Source: Podarcis melisellensis (lineage: Eukaryota). From it: 64,000 bases of DNA. The position numbers and the translations under genes are program-made. Below the pieces are notes generated by a model, which was not told the origin of the DNA, ran no database searches, and saw nothing but the letters and a program-made list of their open reading frames with translations. Numbering within the stretch: position 1 is the stretch's first letter; every line of letters begins with the position of its first letter. Location of the stretch: NCBI GenBank assembly GCA_964234715.1, contig OZ174289.1; one strand, given 5' to 3'. Positions 49,597 to 63,400 of the stretch are shown one piece after another.

Positions 49597-49848
49597 CAGT
49601 CATACCTCTTGTTACGTTTGCTTCAGGTTAAATCTTTTCAGGTTGTGTCCCATGGCGACCTGGAAGTAACGGAATGGGTTACTTCCGGGTTTCGCCACTC
49701 GCGCATACACAGATGCTCAAAATGACGTCACACGCATGCGCAGAAGCAGCGAGTCACGACCTGCAGACACACAGACGCAGGTTGCATTCTGCTCAGGTTG
49801 CGAATGGGGCTCTGGAACGGATCCCGTTCGCTACCAGAGGTACCACTA
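49597..49848. mobile_element. Tc1/mariner (Tigger-like) MITE
   Basis: TA|CAGTCATACCTC...GAGGTACCACTA|TA. Confidence 0.85.
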
Positions 49849-50779
49849 TACTATGATATGTGGTTCAGCAGACTCCTGCCTACCAGGTTGAGTGGCCCTC
49901 TGATTGGCAGCCTTAGGGTGAGACCCAGGAGCTCATTCCTTAGCTGGCAACACTGTAGCCTTGGATTCAATGCTGGAGTCATTCCTGGAGTCATGACAGA
50001 TCCATGTGAAATGAGAAAATGCCCATGTTCCCTCCTAGATTCTGGACCATGCAACTGTCATCCCACTTCCCAGCTTCTGATGCAAGCTTCAGATTTCTTC
50101 ATTCAGTTATGGTGATTCAGCTAGCTCTCCTACAAGATCTAGATTCCTTTCAGGATACAGAATCTCTGTTTCACCTGCCCAGCTAGTTGTGCAAATGTAA
50201 GAGAGGGAGGCAGCCAGCCAACTGCTTTGCTCTGATAGAGGGGACCAGGTAGAAGGTGGAAGACTGTAGCTTTTCTTCTCTTATGAAGGATACACACCTG
50301 AGGTAGTGGCATGCTCAAAGCCAATCTGAATGAATAGCATATTCTACTGTTATTCACTGGCAGGGAAAATAATCTTTTTTAAGAACACTAAGCCCCTTCC
50401 CCAACCCCCCCTTCTGAGATGAAGCATTGAACCCACCACCTACCTGTATGCCTTTATTTTAAACTTCATTTAAAGCAAACTGAAATATGGTGCTCTTGGG
50501 TAACTGAATTATGTGCCCAAGGTCACATTTTATGCAGTTTCTTACCTGCCACAGATTCAAGTTATAAACAAGTTATAAATCTACCTCCTATTTTTGAAAC
50601 TAACTTTTTACTCCACCCCTCTTCCATTTTCTTCCATCTTCATGGCAACCCCATGAAGTAGTTTAATCTGAGAGATGGTGACCTCCCCAAGGTCATCCAG
50701 TGAGCTTCATGGCTGAGTGGGGCCCACCTTCTGGAGCTAGTCCAGAGAGCTAGCTTATCTATGATACTGACTAAGCTTG

Positions 50780-50956
50780 GAACTGTCCAAGCAGTTCAGC
50801 AATGGAACCAGTTACTGTGGGTGTTCACTCTCCCACAACAGAGGTTTTCAAGTAGAGGCTGGACAGCCATCTGTTGTGGGATGCTGTAGCTCGGAATTAC
50901 TGGCATCAAGCAGATGGACTTCTGGACCCTTGCCAACCCTATTTTTCTATGACTCT
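50780..50956 (+). mobile_element. CR1 LINE 3' end
   Basis: GCAGTTCAGCAATGGAAC..GAGGTTTTCAAGTAGAGGCTGGACAGCCATCTG..CCCTTGCCAACCCT..TTCTATGACTCT, a typical CR1 terminus. Confidence 0.7.
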
Positions 50957-51617
50957 GCATGTAGAAGCATTATGGCTCTTCGCAGAATATGGCTGTGACA
51001 ACATACGGGAGTTGATGGCAATCTCGGCAGAAGTTTTATTGACATGTGCACTCCCCCAAGTCTATAGGAATTGCTAGTGTTTTCTAGGGAGAAAATGTTG
51101 GATGTTGGGTGGAGAAACTCAGCTTGAATTCCCAGCTCAGATGGTACAACGTGGCTTCTTGACTGGACAGCTCCTTTCCTGCTACAGCAAAACTTCCCAA
51201 GGAGCTGCCCCTTACCGTGCTGGACAGCTCCCCAACCCGACTTGTTAATAAAGAGGAACTTGAGCCACACCACTCAGGGTTGGCAGAAACAGGATACTTG
51301 TCCAAAGGCCCCTGGAATCTGAGTGCTAGCTTTGCTTATAAAAAACGAGGGGAGAGAGATTTATGGAGCTTGCAGGCAGCTGGATATCAGCTTGTGTGTC
51401 AGCTGGACACATTTTTATCACTCCAGTGTCTATACAGTTGATGGCTGTAGTCAGATAACAATGGAAAAGTAATAGCCTGGCAGGCAGGCAGGCAGCCTAA
51501 GCAAGTTATGTCTATCTAATGGGGACAGATTGTCCTTGGTGAAAGAATTTCTAAACCATTGGATCCAAAACAATGACTTTCATTAGTGGAGAAAGCCAGC
51601 CAGATCTGTCACAAAGC

Positions 51618-51621
<4 letters not shown>

Positions 51622-51660
<39 letters not shown>
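51622..51660. repeat. (TG)n(CG)n microsatellite
   Basis: Directly visible alternating purine-pyrimidine tract. Confidence 0.9.
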
Positions 51661-51661
<1 letters not shown>

Positions 51662-52699
51662 CATGCATGCATGCAAGACCACACACACACATCAGCATTT
51701 TCCCAAGTGCAGAGCAACCAGAATTGGAAGATGGCTTGTTGACTCAGCATATTAATTTACCACAGCCCGTTGCCAAAAAGACTGGAAATCTGAAGGCAGA
51801 TGATTTTCAACTTTAGGAGAGGAAAGAAAAATTCCACTGCCAGTTGTAGGCTTTAAAGGGCTGTATCTAATTTATCACCCTCTAAAAGCTGCAATAACTC
51901 CTCAAGGAGGTAGTTAGGGTGGGTAAAGGGAAATCCTTACAGCAATTCAAAAATAAAACAAGACGCCCAGAGAGAAGAGCCTCTTTACTTGCAGGATCCA
52001 GAAGAGTTTCAGCAGACCTGTCCAGGAATGCTTTAGGCATAAGCATTATTCTTGTAGGACAGAGGGTCAAGCTTACTACAGGTCATGACCTTGGGAGTAT
52101 GTCAGGCAGGGATCCAGAATCCTTGCCATGTTCTGGCCAAAAATGGGAGCTACAAGGTATCAAGTTTGGCCTCTCCACAAAAAATCTCTTGAGCATCAAT
52201 TGGCCAGAGCAAATTATGTGACAAGGCACAGACATATATTCAAGCCATTGGTCCATCTATGGTCTGTTCTGGCTTGCAGCAACAATCCAGGGGAATTTTC
52301 TAGCTCCTCTACCAGAGATCTTTTGAACTATATGTACTGGCTAGTGAATCTGGCTTCCTATACAGTCAAAGTACATACTCAGCTGCTGAACTACAGCCCA
52401 CCCACCTTTAAAAGCTTCTTGACAAGGAGTAACCTCTGTCCTAAATGATCAAGAAGGGAAGTTAGCTTGCTCCTTACATATTTGTCTGCCTCACTCATTG
52501 AGAGTCATGCCCACAGACTGAACAGTGGGTTGTATCTCAAAGCAGGGGGTGACCTATTCTTAACCTTTGATTCTTTTAAGGGAAAAAAAAAACAATTTCT
52601 GAAGTTAATATATTTTTTAAAAAGCTTTTATGGTTAAGGTAGGTCTCCATTTCTGAGAACTGCAAAATGCCGGTTAAGCCACAGTTGCTGAATGATCAC

Positions 52700-52910
52700 A
52701 AGAACAAAAGAAAAGTCTGCTGGACCAGGCCAGGCTGGATCTAATCCATCATCCTATTCACTCTGTTGCCAACCAAATGCCCACTGGAATTCTGAAAGCA
52801 GGACCTCGGTGTAATAGCTCTTTCCCCACTTGGTATTCCCAGCAAGGGTTATTCAGAGGCATACTTCCTCCAACCATAAAACATAGTCATTGTCGCTAGT
52901 AGGCATAGTT
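52700..52910 (-). mobile_element. CR1-like 3' end fragment
   Basis: AAGAACAAAAGAAAAGTCTGCTGGACCAGGCC..CTAATCCATCATCCT motif; similar fragments at about 527-620, 8750-8870 and 61505-61570. Confidence 0.55.
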
Positions 52911-52991
52911 AACCTGTGGCAGTTGTTCTCGGCCCCCTTTTCAGTGGTTGCCCTATCCCTCTATAATACCCTCCCTTGGAATATCCATATA

Positions 52992-53234
52992 CAGGTGGTA
53001 CCTCGGGTTAAATACTTAATTCGTTCCGGAGGTCCGTACTTAACCTGATACTGTTCTTAATCTGAAGCACCACTTTAGTTAATAGGGCGTCCTGCTGCTG
53101 CCGCGCCACCGGAGCCCGATTTCTGTTCTCATCCTGAAGCAAAGTTCTTAACCTGAAGCACTATTTCTGGGTTAGCAGAGTCTGTAACCTGAAGCGTATG
53201 TAACCTGAAGCGTATGTAACCCGAGGTACCACTG
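52992..53234. mobile_element. Tc1/mariner (Tigger-like) MITE
   Basis: Inverted copy of 47379-47604 with an extra TAACCTGAAGCGTATG unit. Confidence 0.9.
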
Positions 53235-55014
53235 TCCCTTAGAAGATTGGAAAAAAGACTTTTTTATTCTGGTTTACATTTGGGTAGCTTTATGGTTATT
53301 GTTGTTTCCTCTTAAGAACTTACCGGTAAATTTTATCTAGTTACTGTTTTCATGTTGTTAACTGCTTCGACTGTTATTTCAAATCTTGGCATTTTAATGT
53401 TGTATTTTATTAATTATTTGTAACCCACTTTGGGAAGGTGTATAACCTAAAAGGTATGTTAGAAATCAATTGTGTTAGTGGTGGCGGCAGTGATTAATCA
53501 TCCCAATCATAATCAAAAGCTGATAATGCAATCTACACTGCATGAAACATTTGCTTTGCTATGCTTACCAGATGCCTTGCAGAGGCTTGTGCAAAACTCT
53601 CAATGAGCTTGATAAACTCTTCCCTGGATATTCTGTTTCCTTAAGTCTCAACTTGGTGCCCTACAGATGTTTTGGGCTGTGATACCCATCATCACTGGGC
53701 ATTGGCTATTCTGACTGAGGCTGATGGGAGTTGGAATCATAGAATAATAAAGTTGGAAGGGTCAGCTAGTCCAACTCCCTGAAATGCAGGAATCTCTTAA
53801 CACACAGTCCCCCTTACAATTTGAAACCATACCGGACCCTGCTTAGCTTTGCAAATATGCTAGTAGTTTTATTGCTGCAATTAACCCTAATCCTTGCTGT
53901 TGTCCAAAATGACTGCAGGGTTGAGGAAGGCTGCTTTAAGCTATCCAATATTCCCCTAGGAGTTGCTCCTCTCCACTTCAAGCCTATGTGGCTCTTCTGG
54001 CTGACCCATGACTAATGTTGCTGGAATACAACTCCCATCATTTATTTTATTTGAATAATTTATATGCCACTTTTCATTCAGAGAATAGTAAGGCAGTCTA
54101 GCCAGCTATGCCGAATGCCACATGAACAAGTCTGCCCACACGTAGCAGAATCCAGGAGTAACATGAATTTTTTTAACTTCCTGAATTGCTGCTGAAATGG
54201 TTGCTTTAGCTCCACGTGGTATTTTTTCAAGAGGACTGCATTGGAATTTGCAACATTTATAAATCGAATGACTGAGGCGCCTTGTTTGAAATGTATGTTC
54301 CGTATAAAGAGTATTCCTTTTTAGCTTTCTGTGTTACATTGAAAACAGTTCATGAATGAAGGAATGGAGACCAAAATACATGCTTGGTGGCACTTGAGAA
54401 AGAATCTTGCAAGACTCCTGGGAGGCACATTGCTGCAAATGAATTGCAATGGCAGAATAGTCAATGTAATGGGGGAGTTGAAAGTGGGTTTGAGGATGTT
54501 AAACATTGGTGCCTGATTTCCATGCAATAAGAATGCATCACTGTATGTTTTACTTGGGGAGAAAATAATCCATACTAAAGGAAACTGCTTCTTAAAGCCC
54601 TAATGCTGCTTTGATTTGCCAGATGAGGAATGCATATCATAATAAGCCTGCATCTACTATTTTTATATCATTACATTATTGAGCCACACTTACTATGGTT
54701 ATCGCATCTGAATTTTTAGAATTGTTTCACATAGATGTGTACCATTGAGTGTTTCAATTTATTTTTTCTCTGACTCCACCTATATTAGAATGGGAGATTC
54801 ATAGGTCATGATTTAGTGCGCCTGGAGGCCCACATGTTCCCATCCCTGTCTATCTTATTGCAATCATATGGACCATAAACAGACCAAAACACAAGGGAAG
54901 CTCTTCATGAAGGAACAGTGACCAGCACTGCATAGAATCAGATTCTCCATCTTAAGCAGAAGAATCCAGTTCCTGTTCATCACCCCTCTCAACCCTATTT
55001 TAAAACCCTATTTT

Positions 55015-55377
55015 AAAGGTAAAGGACCCCTGACAGTTAAGTCCAGTCACAAACGACTCTGGGGCTGCAGCGCTCATCTCACTTTTCTGGCCGAGGGAGC
55101 CGACGTTTGTCTGCATACAGTTTTTCTGGGTCATGTGGCCTGCATGACTAAGCCGCTTCTGGTGAAACCAGAGTAGCGCATGGAAATGCCGTTTACCTTC
55201 CCGCCGTAGTGGTACCTATTTATCTACTTGCATTTTGATGTGCTTTTGAACTGCTAGGTTGGCAGGAGCAGGGACCATGCAACAGGCGCTCACCCCGTTG
55301 CGGGGATTTGAACTGCCGACCTTCTGATCGGCAAGCCCTAGGCTCAGTGGTTTAGACCACAGCACCACCTGCATCCC
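55015..55377 (-). mobile_element. Sauria SINE (subfamily A), full length
   Basis: Reverse-complement head, core and tail. Confidence 0.92.
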
Positions 55378-55663
55378 CCTTCTGTGTGAGGCAAGGGTTC
55401 AGCTCTTTGAGAGAGGACTTTGCCCAAGTGCATTTTCTTCCTTTTCTCACTCTTTCTGTTTTCATTTAGATTACTTTGTTTCTTATTGTATTATGAAAAA
55501 GCCTTAATAAAATTTCATGAAAAAGAAAAAGTGTGGAGAAGTTTTTCTGCTTGAGAATCACATTCACTTCTGGGCCGCCTATGGGGGGAGGGCAGGGCCA
55601 GGCCGGACACACATGCCTGTGGTAAATAAGGCCGTAGCAAGAAAATATGAATCTTGATGTGTG

Positions 55664-55791
55664 TAGCTCAGACTCTTAATATCAGGGTCATGGGTGTGAG
55701 CCCCATGTTGAGCAAAATATTCCTGCATTGCAGGGGGCTGGACTATAAATGGCCCTTGTGGTCGCTTCCAACTCTATAATTCTATGATTCT
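55664..55791 (+). mobile_element. tRNA-Lys-derived SINE with CR1-type tail
   Basis: TAGCTCAG..GACTCTTAATATCAGGGTCATGGG..GAGCCCCATGTTG head (tRNA-Lys CTT-like), then CCTGCATTGCAGGGG..CTTCCAACTCTATAATTCTATGATTCT. Confidence 0.75.
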
Positions 55792-57427
55792 TCCTTTGTA
55801 TAGAAGACTAGCTTGCACACAAACTCACATACTCCGTTCTGCCTTACAGCCAGGCAAGCAAGAAAAGCATGACTATAGTTCATGGACATATTCAAGCCAG
55901 GCAAAAACACTCAAGGAGCATGCAAGGCAGAGCGAGTGAGGTTTGCAGCTTGAGAGGAGGGGTGATTTGAGGAGAGTCCTGAGGACCAGATACTGGAGGA
56001 GCTGCATTTTGCACCTGGGCCTGAGGTTTTTCATCCTTCTGTTAAGTCCTAGTTCCCAGAGGGCTGCTGGTGCAGGGGGCACTCTTCTTGATATACTTTT
56101 TCATGGTAGAAATAAATTGTTCAGTGTGTGCATAATGTCTATGTCAGTGGAGTGTTTTAACAGCCATCTTTATATCATACCTTGAATAAGCTGCACTTCT
56201 TATTGTGTGAATAAGTGATAAAAGGGAGTAGTAAAAAAGAAGGAACCTAGGCTGCCATGATATTATACACATTTATCTCCTGCTGTAAATTAGATGCCGT
56301 TCAGTACTGCAATTAATAGGTAAAAGAACACACAGAAAGAAGGAAAAAACACATTAAGGGATTATGACCTAGGCGCATGCGCGCATGCACACACACACAC
56401 AATGCACACACTCTCTCACACACATAAATCTGGCTTCTTTTCTTAGACCTCTTAAATATTCAGGCTTTGTAATTCAGTTGAAGCAGTTTAATGCCTAATA
56501 TTTAATGTAACACTTTGAGCCACTTAATTTCATATTCCAAAGCTTTAATGGGCATAATACTAGATAGATGATTGTACTATTAGTCTAATCTTTGACAGTA
56601 TCCATATGGTGCTCTGGAAATGATGTACGTGTTTGGCTTTTCAAGCAGGTTTTTGAATTCAAAATAATGATAACCACTGAAGGTGTTTCTGTCGTAAAAG
56701 TAAGTTACAGTGTGATCTTCAACTCTGTATTGCCTTATACATGCCCTTTTATTTTATCATTATTTTCACAGAGATAGGGAACAATGAATCTTTTCAAGAT
56801 CTAAACAATGAATCTTTACCAATCATTTGGCAGTCTATTATGAACTAGGGTAATAGCAATGATATCTGAGCCTCTGAAGTAAAGCATCCCTAATTCCTTT
56901 GATATTGACTCCCTCAAATTTTGTATTTTGGGTCTGGCAATGGTGGTTCATATTGACTGAAAAAGGTTCAGGATAGATGATTGCTTTAACTATATGTCTA
57001 AAGACCTTCACAGCAGATCACCATTGGAAACAAGTTTAAAAAGGGAGAAGGAATCTGTGGCCCAGCAAATGTTGCAAGACTCTAACTTATATCAGTTGCA
57101 GCCAGCATGGCCAAATAGTCAGAGATTATAGGAACCATACTTGAACAACAACTGAAGAGATGGTGCAATCATTGAAACAGCTCTACTGCAGGCCGAACAG
57201 CCAAGAGGTACTGGAATATTCACAATCAATAAAGGAAATGTTTTCTTACTTGCTTGTTTTATCAAGTTGTTTTTTAAAAAATAATCCACTATCAATCTAA
57301 ATCTATATCTGCATCACCTATGTTGTGTCTTGAAGCTGCGTTCATTTTGAAATTTGGATGCCAACTGGTGACTTAATCATTTGGCATGTCACTGCTTTCC
57401 TCAGTGCAACTTTGAGATGTTACAAAT

Positions 57428-57550
57428 GGGGAAGGCCAGAGCTTAGTGGTAGAATACCTGCTTGTTATATAGAAGGTCACAGGTCCAATTTCTGACACCT
57501 CCAGACAGGGATGGGAATGTCTGCTGCCTGAATTTTTGGAGAGCTGTTGG
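57428..57550 (+). mobile_element. Old tRNA-Ala-like SINE
   Basis: AGCTTAGTGGTAGAATACCTGCTT..AGAAGGTCACAGGTCCAAT head; homologous to 48138-48293. Confidence 0.6.
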
Positions 57551-58501
57551 AGTAATTATGATTTTACTTATGCTTGTGGATTTAAATATGTTATAAGTCT
57601 TTTGGATACATTTTTGTATAGCAAGCGGCTGTAAGCTTAAATAATGACAACAATAATTACAGCTGAAAGTGTTGCGATTAGGATACAGTTGTATTTTTCT
57701 TTAAGTTCTCTTTGGAATGTTGCTTGAATATTTTCAATCTGGAGTCAAAAGAGTTGTGGCTTGTTTGGCTGCTGACAATCATGAAGGGTGAATCAAAACC
57801 ACCTTGAAAAATAAGCTGTCTCAATAGATCATACAGACAAACTCTAATTCTCACAAATTTTGGCAGATGTAGACACTGGTGCATCGGAGTGCAGTCATTC
57901 TGCCACAAATACTTTCAAGGAAAACTTGTCAAAATTGCTGCCAATTTCTTCTGCGGCTAATGCAAGAGATGTGATTGTCTTCAGAACAGAATCCTCACAT
58001 TCAGCAGTAAATAAGCATCATTCTTTGGTCACACAACTCTCAGTGAAGAACATTATTATTAAATTTAATTAAAGCATGTAAAAACCATCGGAATTAACAG
58101 TACTTTTCTTGTTTGCAAACCAAGTTCAATTATTTTATTTTCCTGGACAAATACCTCAGTTTGAACTGGTATTGCGCAAATTGTGAAATTAATCAAATTG
58201 AAAGTTCATGGCGAATATTAATGTCAGCTGCAATTAATATGTTGGAATGAAACTCATTTCCTTTTGCCTTGAAGCAGATGGAAGCTGGGCCAGAAAGCAA
58301 GAGTCCAAATATTTACTAACTCCAGCAACAAGTTTAGAAAGGAAAAGGTTACAGCAATATAATTTGACAGTTTGAAAATGTATTCCCCCCCCTTCATTTG
58401 CTTACTCTTTCTGTCATGAACCTGTTTGCCAGTTAAAGTTATCGTCAGAGTATCTTTTCAAGTCTTCTCTACCTCCAGAGTATATGAGTAAATGATCACT
58501 C

Positions 58502-58740
58502 CCCTGGCGGAGGAAGAGGAGTGCAGGGGGAGCGCACCGCCCCTGGAAGCACGATCCCGGTGGGATGCCATCGTAGCTGCCCCTGTCCCTGCACTGGGCA
58601 CCATGCCCCCAGGACACACACCATGCCCCTATGGGCAGTGCCTCACACCCCCAGGATGCATGCCAGCCCTGGCCCCGCCTGCTCTCCGCCCCCCAGTGCC
58701 GGAACATGAAGCACTGCCGGAACATGAAGCACTGCCACTG
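58502..58740. mobile_element. GC-rich hAT-type MITE
   Basis: Homologous to 17590-17771; 18-bp tandem duplication GCCGGAACATGAAGCACT near the 3' TIR. Confidence 0.8.
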
Positions 58741-59119
58741 GGCATGCCAGCTTTGGAAATTCTTCATTAGGGTCTGTCCAAGCTGGGGGTTTTTTTTGGG
58801 GGGGGGGATGGATGGACAATGTAGGTGTATGATGCAACATGCCACTCACGCAATAATAGTGCATTAATGGTGGATTTATACTGGATTGTCCACACATCAT
58901 TTCACTTTCTTAGTTGTTCTGCGATGGTTCCCCTATGTTACCATATTATCCCCCATTTAGAGGGGCACTCTGGTACTATAGCACAACAAAAGTGGAACAA
59001 AAAGGTGGTTTGTAGTCTAAAAAGTTACAGGATTTTAGGAAGAAATTATAAGACATGCATCTGATGCAAATGAAGCAAGAGCTTCATTTTTTTACAAGAG
59101 CAAAGTATGATCGCCTATA

Positions 59120-59348
59120 CAGTCATACCTCGGGATGAATATGCTTCGGGTTAGGCAAATTCGGGTCGCGCTCTGTGGCGACCCGGAAGTAATGGAGCAC
59201 GTTACTTCCGGGTTTCGTCACGCGCGCATGCAAAGACCATCAAAATGGCGTTACGCGCACACGTAGACATGCCGTCAAGTCTTGCATTCCATTCGGGATG
59301 CAAACGGGGCTCTGGAATGGATCCTGTTTGCATCCTGAGGTACCACTG
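59120..59348. mobile_element. Tc1/mariner (Tigger-like) MITE
   Basis: TA|CAGTCATACCTC...GAGGTACCACTG|TA. Confidence 0.85.
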
Positions 59349-60089
59349 TAAATTTAATGATAACATCCTGAGCACAAATAATCATGATTCTTCAATAGAA
59401 AGGACACCTGGAGGGGACCTTTGGGCTGCTACTGCTGTGGCTCCTTTCCTCTTTATCATCTGCTCCTCTTAGAGGAGGGGAGGGGAGCCAGTCCCCCACC
59501 CACGATGGTACTGAACTACAACTCTCATCAGTCCATGACAGGGATGATGTGACTTGTATCCCAGCCACATCTGGAGGACCAATTCTGTCTTAGAATCTTA
59601 GGCTTCTTCAACTTTTACTCCTTTTAGACCACTTGCCCATTTTCAGTCTTTTATCTTTTGCCTCCACTCTTGTTATTGCCGAAAACAAAACAAAAAATGC
59701 AAGCTCTGTTGGCCAGCGTGCTTTTGATTTTCCCTGGAAATTTTACCTATATTTTGTTCAAATCCCTTTTTGGCGCAGCAAAGTCCTTGTATTGTATTGT
59801 TCTGTCCCTTTTCTGAATAGGTGAACTGTGGGCTGTAGGCCTGCTGAATCTCTGTACAGACTGCTGAAAACCTGCTTCCTTCCAGCTCCCATCATCTCCT
59901 CCATGGCCCCTTTCTCTGCTATGCACACACACAGAGAGAGAGCTTTATTGCAGTCCATAGACCCAAAATACACAGTACAACAGTAGTACATATCTACAGT
60001 TATTAAAGTGTAAGATTGGCCTTGCTAGCCATATCTTCTAGCAATAATTGTAGCCACTTACATATAATGTGTGTGTGTGTGTTTTTGTA

Positions 60090-60310
60090 CAGTGGTACCT
60101 TGGGTTACATATGCTTCAGGTTACAGACTCCGCTAACCCAGAAATAGTACCTCGGGTTAAGAACTTTGCTTCAGGATGAGAACAGAAATCGTGCGGTGGT
60201 GGCGCGGCAGCAGCAGGAGGCCCCATTAGCTAAAGTGGTGCTTCAGGTTAAAAACAGTTTCAGGTTAAGAACGGACCTCCAGAACGAATTAAGTACGTAA
60301 CCAGAGGTAC
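60090..60310. mobile_element. Tc1/mariner (Tigger-like) MITE lacking the last bases of its right TIR
   Basis: Near-identical to 47379-47604; ends at GAGGTAC. Confidence 0.88.
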
Positions 60311-60371
60311 TCATTCATGGCACCCACATACAAAACATTAACTTGTTCATAAATAATATAGTTTGGGATGA

Positions 60372-60507
60372 GCAGTGTGGCAGCCATGCTTTCTGATGAT
60401 ACCAGATTGTCCAGTCAGTTAAAACAAAATGATCTCCAAGAGGATTGCTCCAAACTGGGTGAATGGGCAGTAAAATGGAACCCACAGTTCAATGTAAGCA
60501 AAGTAAA
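60372..60507 (+). mobile_element. CR1 RT fragment
   Basis: Decayed SDDTRL...DLQEDCSKLGEWAVKWNPQFNVSK, matching CR1 RT (FADDTKL..LQ.DL..L..WA..W.M.FN..KCK). Confidence 0.7.
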
Positions 60508-63400
60508 AGGGTACAGATTGCACCATTCTACTCCATTCAAGGGATAGATCCCATCTCCTTTCACCCGAACCTGGCTGCATGCAGTTTCCATGGCACTGTG
60601 GCTTTCCACTTCCCTTTAATTCCTTTCTGAAAATCAGTCACATAGATTACAACGTGCAAGAGAGAGAACGTCGCTAAAATTGCTGAGGCCCCAAATCATG
60701 CAGAGCTGATGTTCAGAAAATATGCACATTCACGCAGCACTGTCATTTGTTAGCAGAGATGCTTAAAATATGATGTAAGGGGAAGCCAGGCTGCCGAACT
60801 CCCTTCAAACGTGCCTAGGAATTACAGCAGTCTTATGCAAGCAAAGGAAAACTTTAAACCAATTACAAATCTTGCTTGGAAGAAGGGCCTCTTAAAAATA
60901 AGAACTGTTTAAATGTCAGGTATTAATAAAAAACCCTGTCAATTTTAAATCCTATTTAACTTTCATGTGCTGGTTCCTTGTTGTCATAGCTGCTCATTAG
61001 GAATTTGAAACAAATGGGGGGGGGGAGAGAAAGCTCTGTGGAATAAAAGCCACTGAGTAAGAGAATGAAGCAGTGCATACAAAATATAGTAGAAAGTAGC
61101 ACAGCAAGGTATGAAATCGTTAAAATGCTCTTCACAAATTTGTTTTCTTAATTATGATTTTAAACTATGAATGCGTTTACATAAGCAATGTGGGTTTTCA
61201 CCCAACCAACAGCCTCTTTCCTTTATAAATTTTACAGCTCTATTAATTACTCTTTAGAAAAAGCATTGTTCTGAGTTTTATATATAGAGAGAAACGGTGG
61301 TAGGGCTTATTATTTTTTTATATTCTTTGCAATTTTATACCACCATTCTTCCAAGGAACTCAGGGTGCCATATATAGTTGCTCTGTCACAACAACCATGC
61401 GGAGTAGGTTCAGAACCTAGCTCTAAAACTGATTTCTTTTTAGGACATGACCCTTGTTTCCAACCACCTCATCCTGGTTCTACACCTCTGTTAACTGCAA
61501 TAGGAACATAAGTAAAGCCTTGATGGATCATTCCAAAGGGACATTTAGTTCAGCATCCTGTTCAGACCTCCTGTATTCAGGTTCTTTGATCTCATGCACT
61601 TATTCCACCTTCCCTGTGTTCCGTCTGGCTCTGTTATCCCAAAACTGCTGGCTACGAGCTTGTTACCAATATTAATGAATGATGGACATTCATTTATATG
61701 AGAGTGTGGCACTAGAAACTGGCTCTTTTATGTACGGAAAGGTCATTAATTCAATATTCTAGGGTCCCTCCAAATGTTCTTTTTATTGTCCATTCATGAT
61801 GACGTGCTGATATAATGGCATGGCCCTTGCTATTAATACTGTTTGCAACTGCATAGGTTTTGGGGCGAACATACTGCTTTGTTTCCAATTAGTTCATTTT
61901 CCATATCTTCCTGCTGAAATTCTGTAACTCTTCATGTCACAAATGTTCCAGCTCAGTCATTAATCTTGATCCTTCCTTTGTTGTTCTATACTGCTAGATT
62001 GCCTCTGCAGATGGAAATAATGTGGTAACATTGGGGAACCATTGCAGAACAACCTGTAAAGTGGAATGATGTTTGGACAGTCCAGTATAAATGCATCACT
62101 AATGCAGTATTATTGCATCAATATGTTGAAGAATACACCACACACCTGGCTAGTGAGACTTCCCACCCACTAATTTAAGTTTGAAAACCAAAAACCTTGG
62201 AATTTCTTTAAAATAATAAGAGGTGAATTCTAGGTTGGCTTATGTGTGTCTTTTCGTTTGTTTTCAAAGTTTCCAATCCTGCTGTCACCATGTAAGGCTC
62301 CATTTTGTCCTAAAATAAATCCTCTCTCATACATAATAACCCCCAGTTGTGTTAACTTTCCTTCCTTAAAGTAGCCAAAAGACAACACCTGTCTCTCACA
62401 GCAATTGACCGTGAAAAATGTAGGGCATTTCTCTTATATGTTTTCCTCTCCTTCCTTATGGAATTAATAATATCCACCACTCTGGTGTGCGTTGCAGATC
62501 TTTCAGCAGATTTAATCTGCTCTACAATCTTTTCTGTTGCTCACTTATTCTTTTTGCTTCCTCCTTTGAAAAGATTGCTGATCTTATAATCTTTAGCAAA
62601 ATTAGGTAATTTTAGGCTAATTAAATAATCTATGGCGTTTTAAACTGTGTGTGTGTATGTGTGTGTATTTCTGCTTGTTTCTATATTGTGAATTTTTGTG
62701 TTTTTATATTGTAAACCACCCTGTGATCCTTGGATGAAAGGTGGTATAGAAATTCAAAGAATGAACAAATGAATGAATGAATTTTCAAGGGATAGTGGCA
62801 AGCAGGCTAGACTTTGTTTCCAGTCATTTAGGGTTTTGTGTGTTTTTTAAAATCTGAATGGCAGTTGCCCAGTTTTGAGTTCAAATTCCAATGGCTGCAA
62901 GTATCTGGAACACAAAGAAATGGACCCAGTTGGTGTTTTGAGCCCAAACATAGGAGCAGCTCAGCACTGCAAATCTGGCACAACCTTGTGGATCCTCTAG
63001 GGTAGATGAGAGAATCAACCAGCAAGATGGTTAGAAAGGGGGCAGACTGGGAGTTGTACAGAAGATAGCCTTCCCACCTGAGGGAACACTCAACATGAAG
63101 CCAAGGTCTTAAGTTAGAAATCTGCACTGTAATTCTTCTTAAATAATGCTTGCACTGACCATGCACACTTACTTGGGAGTACGTCCTCTTGAAATCCCTG
63201 GGAAATAATTCTTAGTAAACATGGAATAGGTTTGCATGTATGAAAAAATAATAATTCCAAGGAGGACATTACGAAGGCAGCTTCAGACAACATGGTATTT
63301 GGCCTTGGGAGGCTGAATAGGTCAAAAGTCACTCACCTGCAGGCAATCATGATTCACAATCACCTCTCTCTCTCTCTCTCTGTGTGTGTGTATGTGTATG

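Noticed and set aside
50298-50315. TGAGGTAGT let-7-like start
   Set aside because: The match ends after 9 nt and I saw no precursor hairpin.
50994-51290. Possible short solo LTR (TGT...AATAAA...ACA)
   Set aside because: No TSD and no second copy in the window.
4450-55377. Recurrent 350-bp repeat as a CRISPR array, IS element or gene family (recurrent ORFs with LPGHVASMTKPLL)
   Set aside because: The copies are dispersed and have Pol III boxes, (ACCTTT)n tails and variable-length TSDs, which identifies them as Sauria SINEs. The shared peptides are incidental.
57678-58072. ORFs 57678-57908 and 57860-58072 as coding exons
   Set aside because: No recognisable protein similarity or coherent splice sites; better treated as non-coding.
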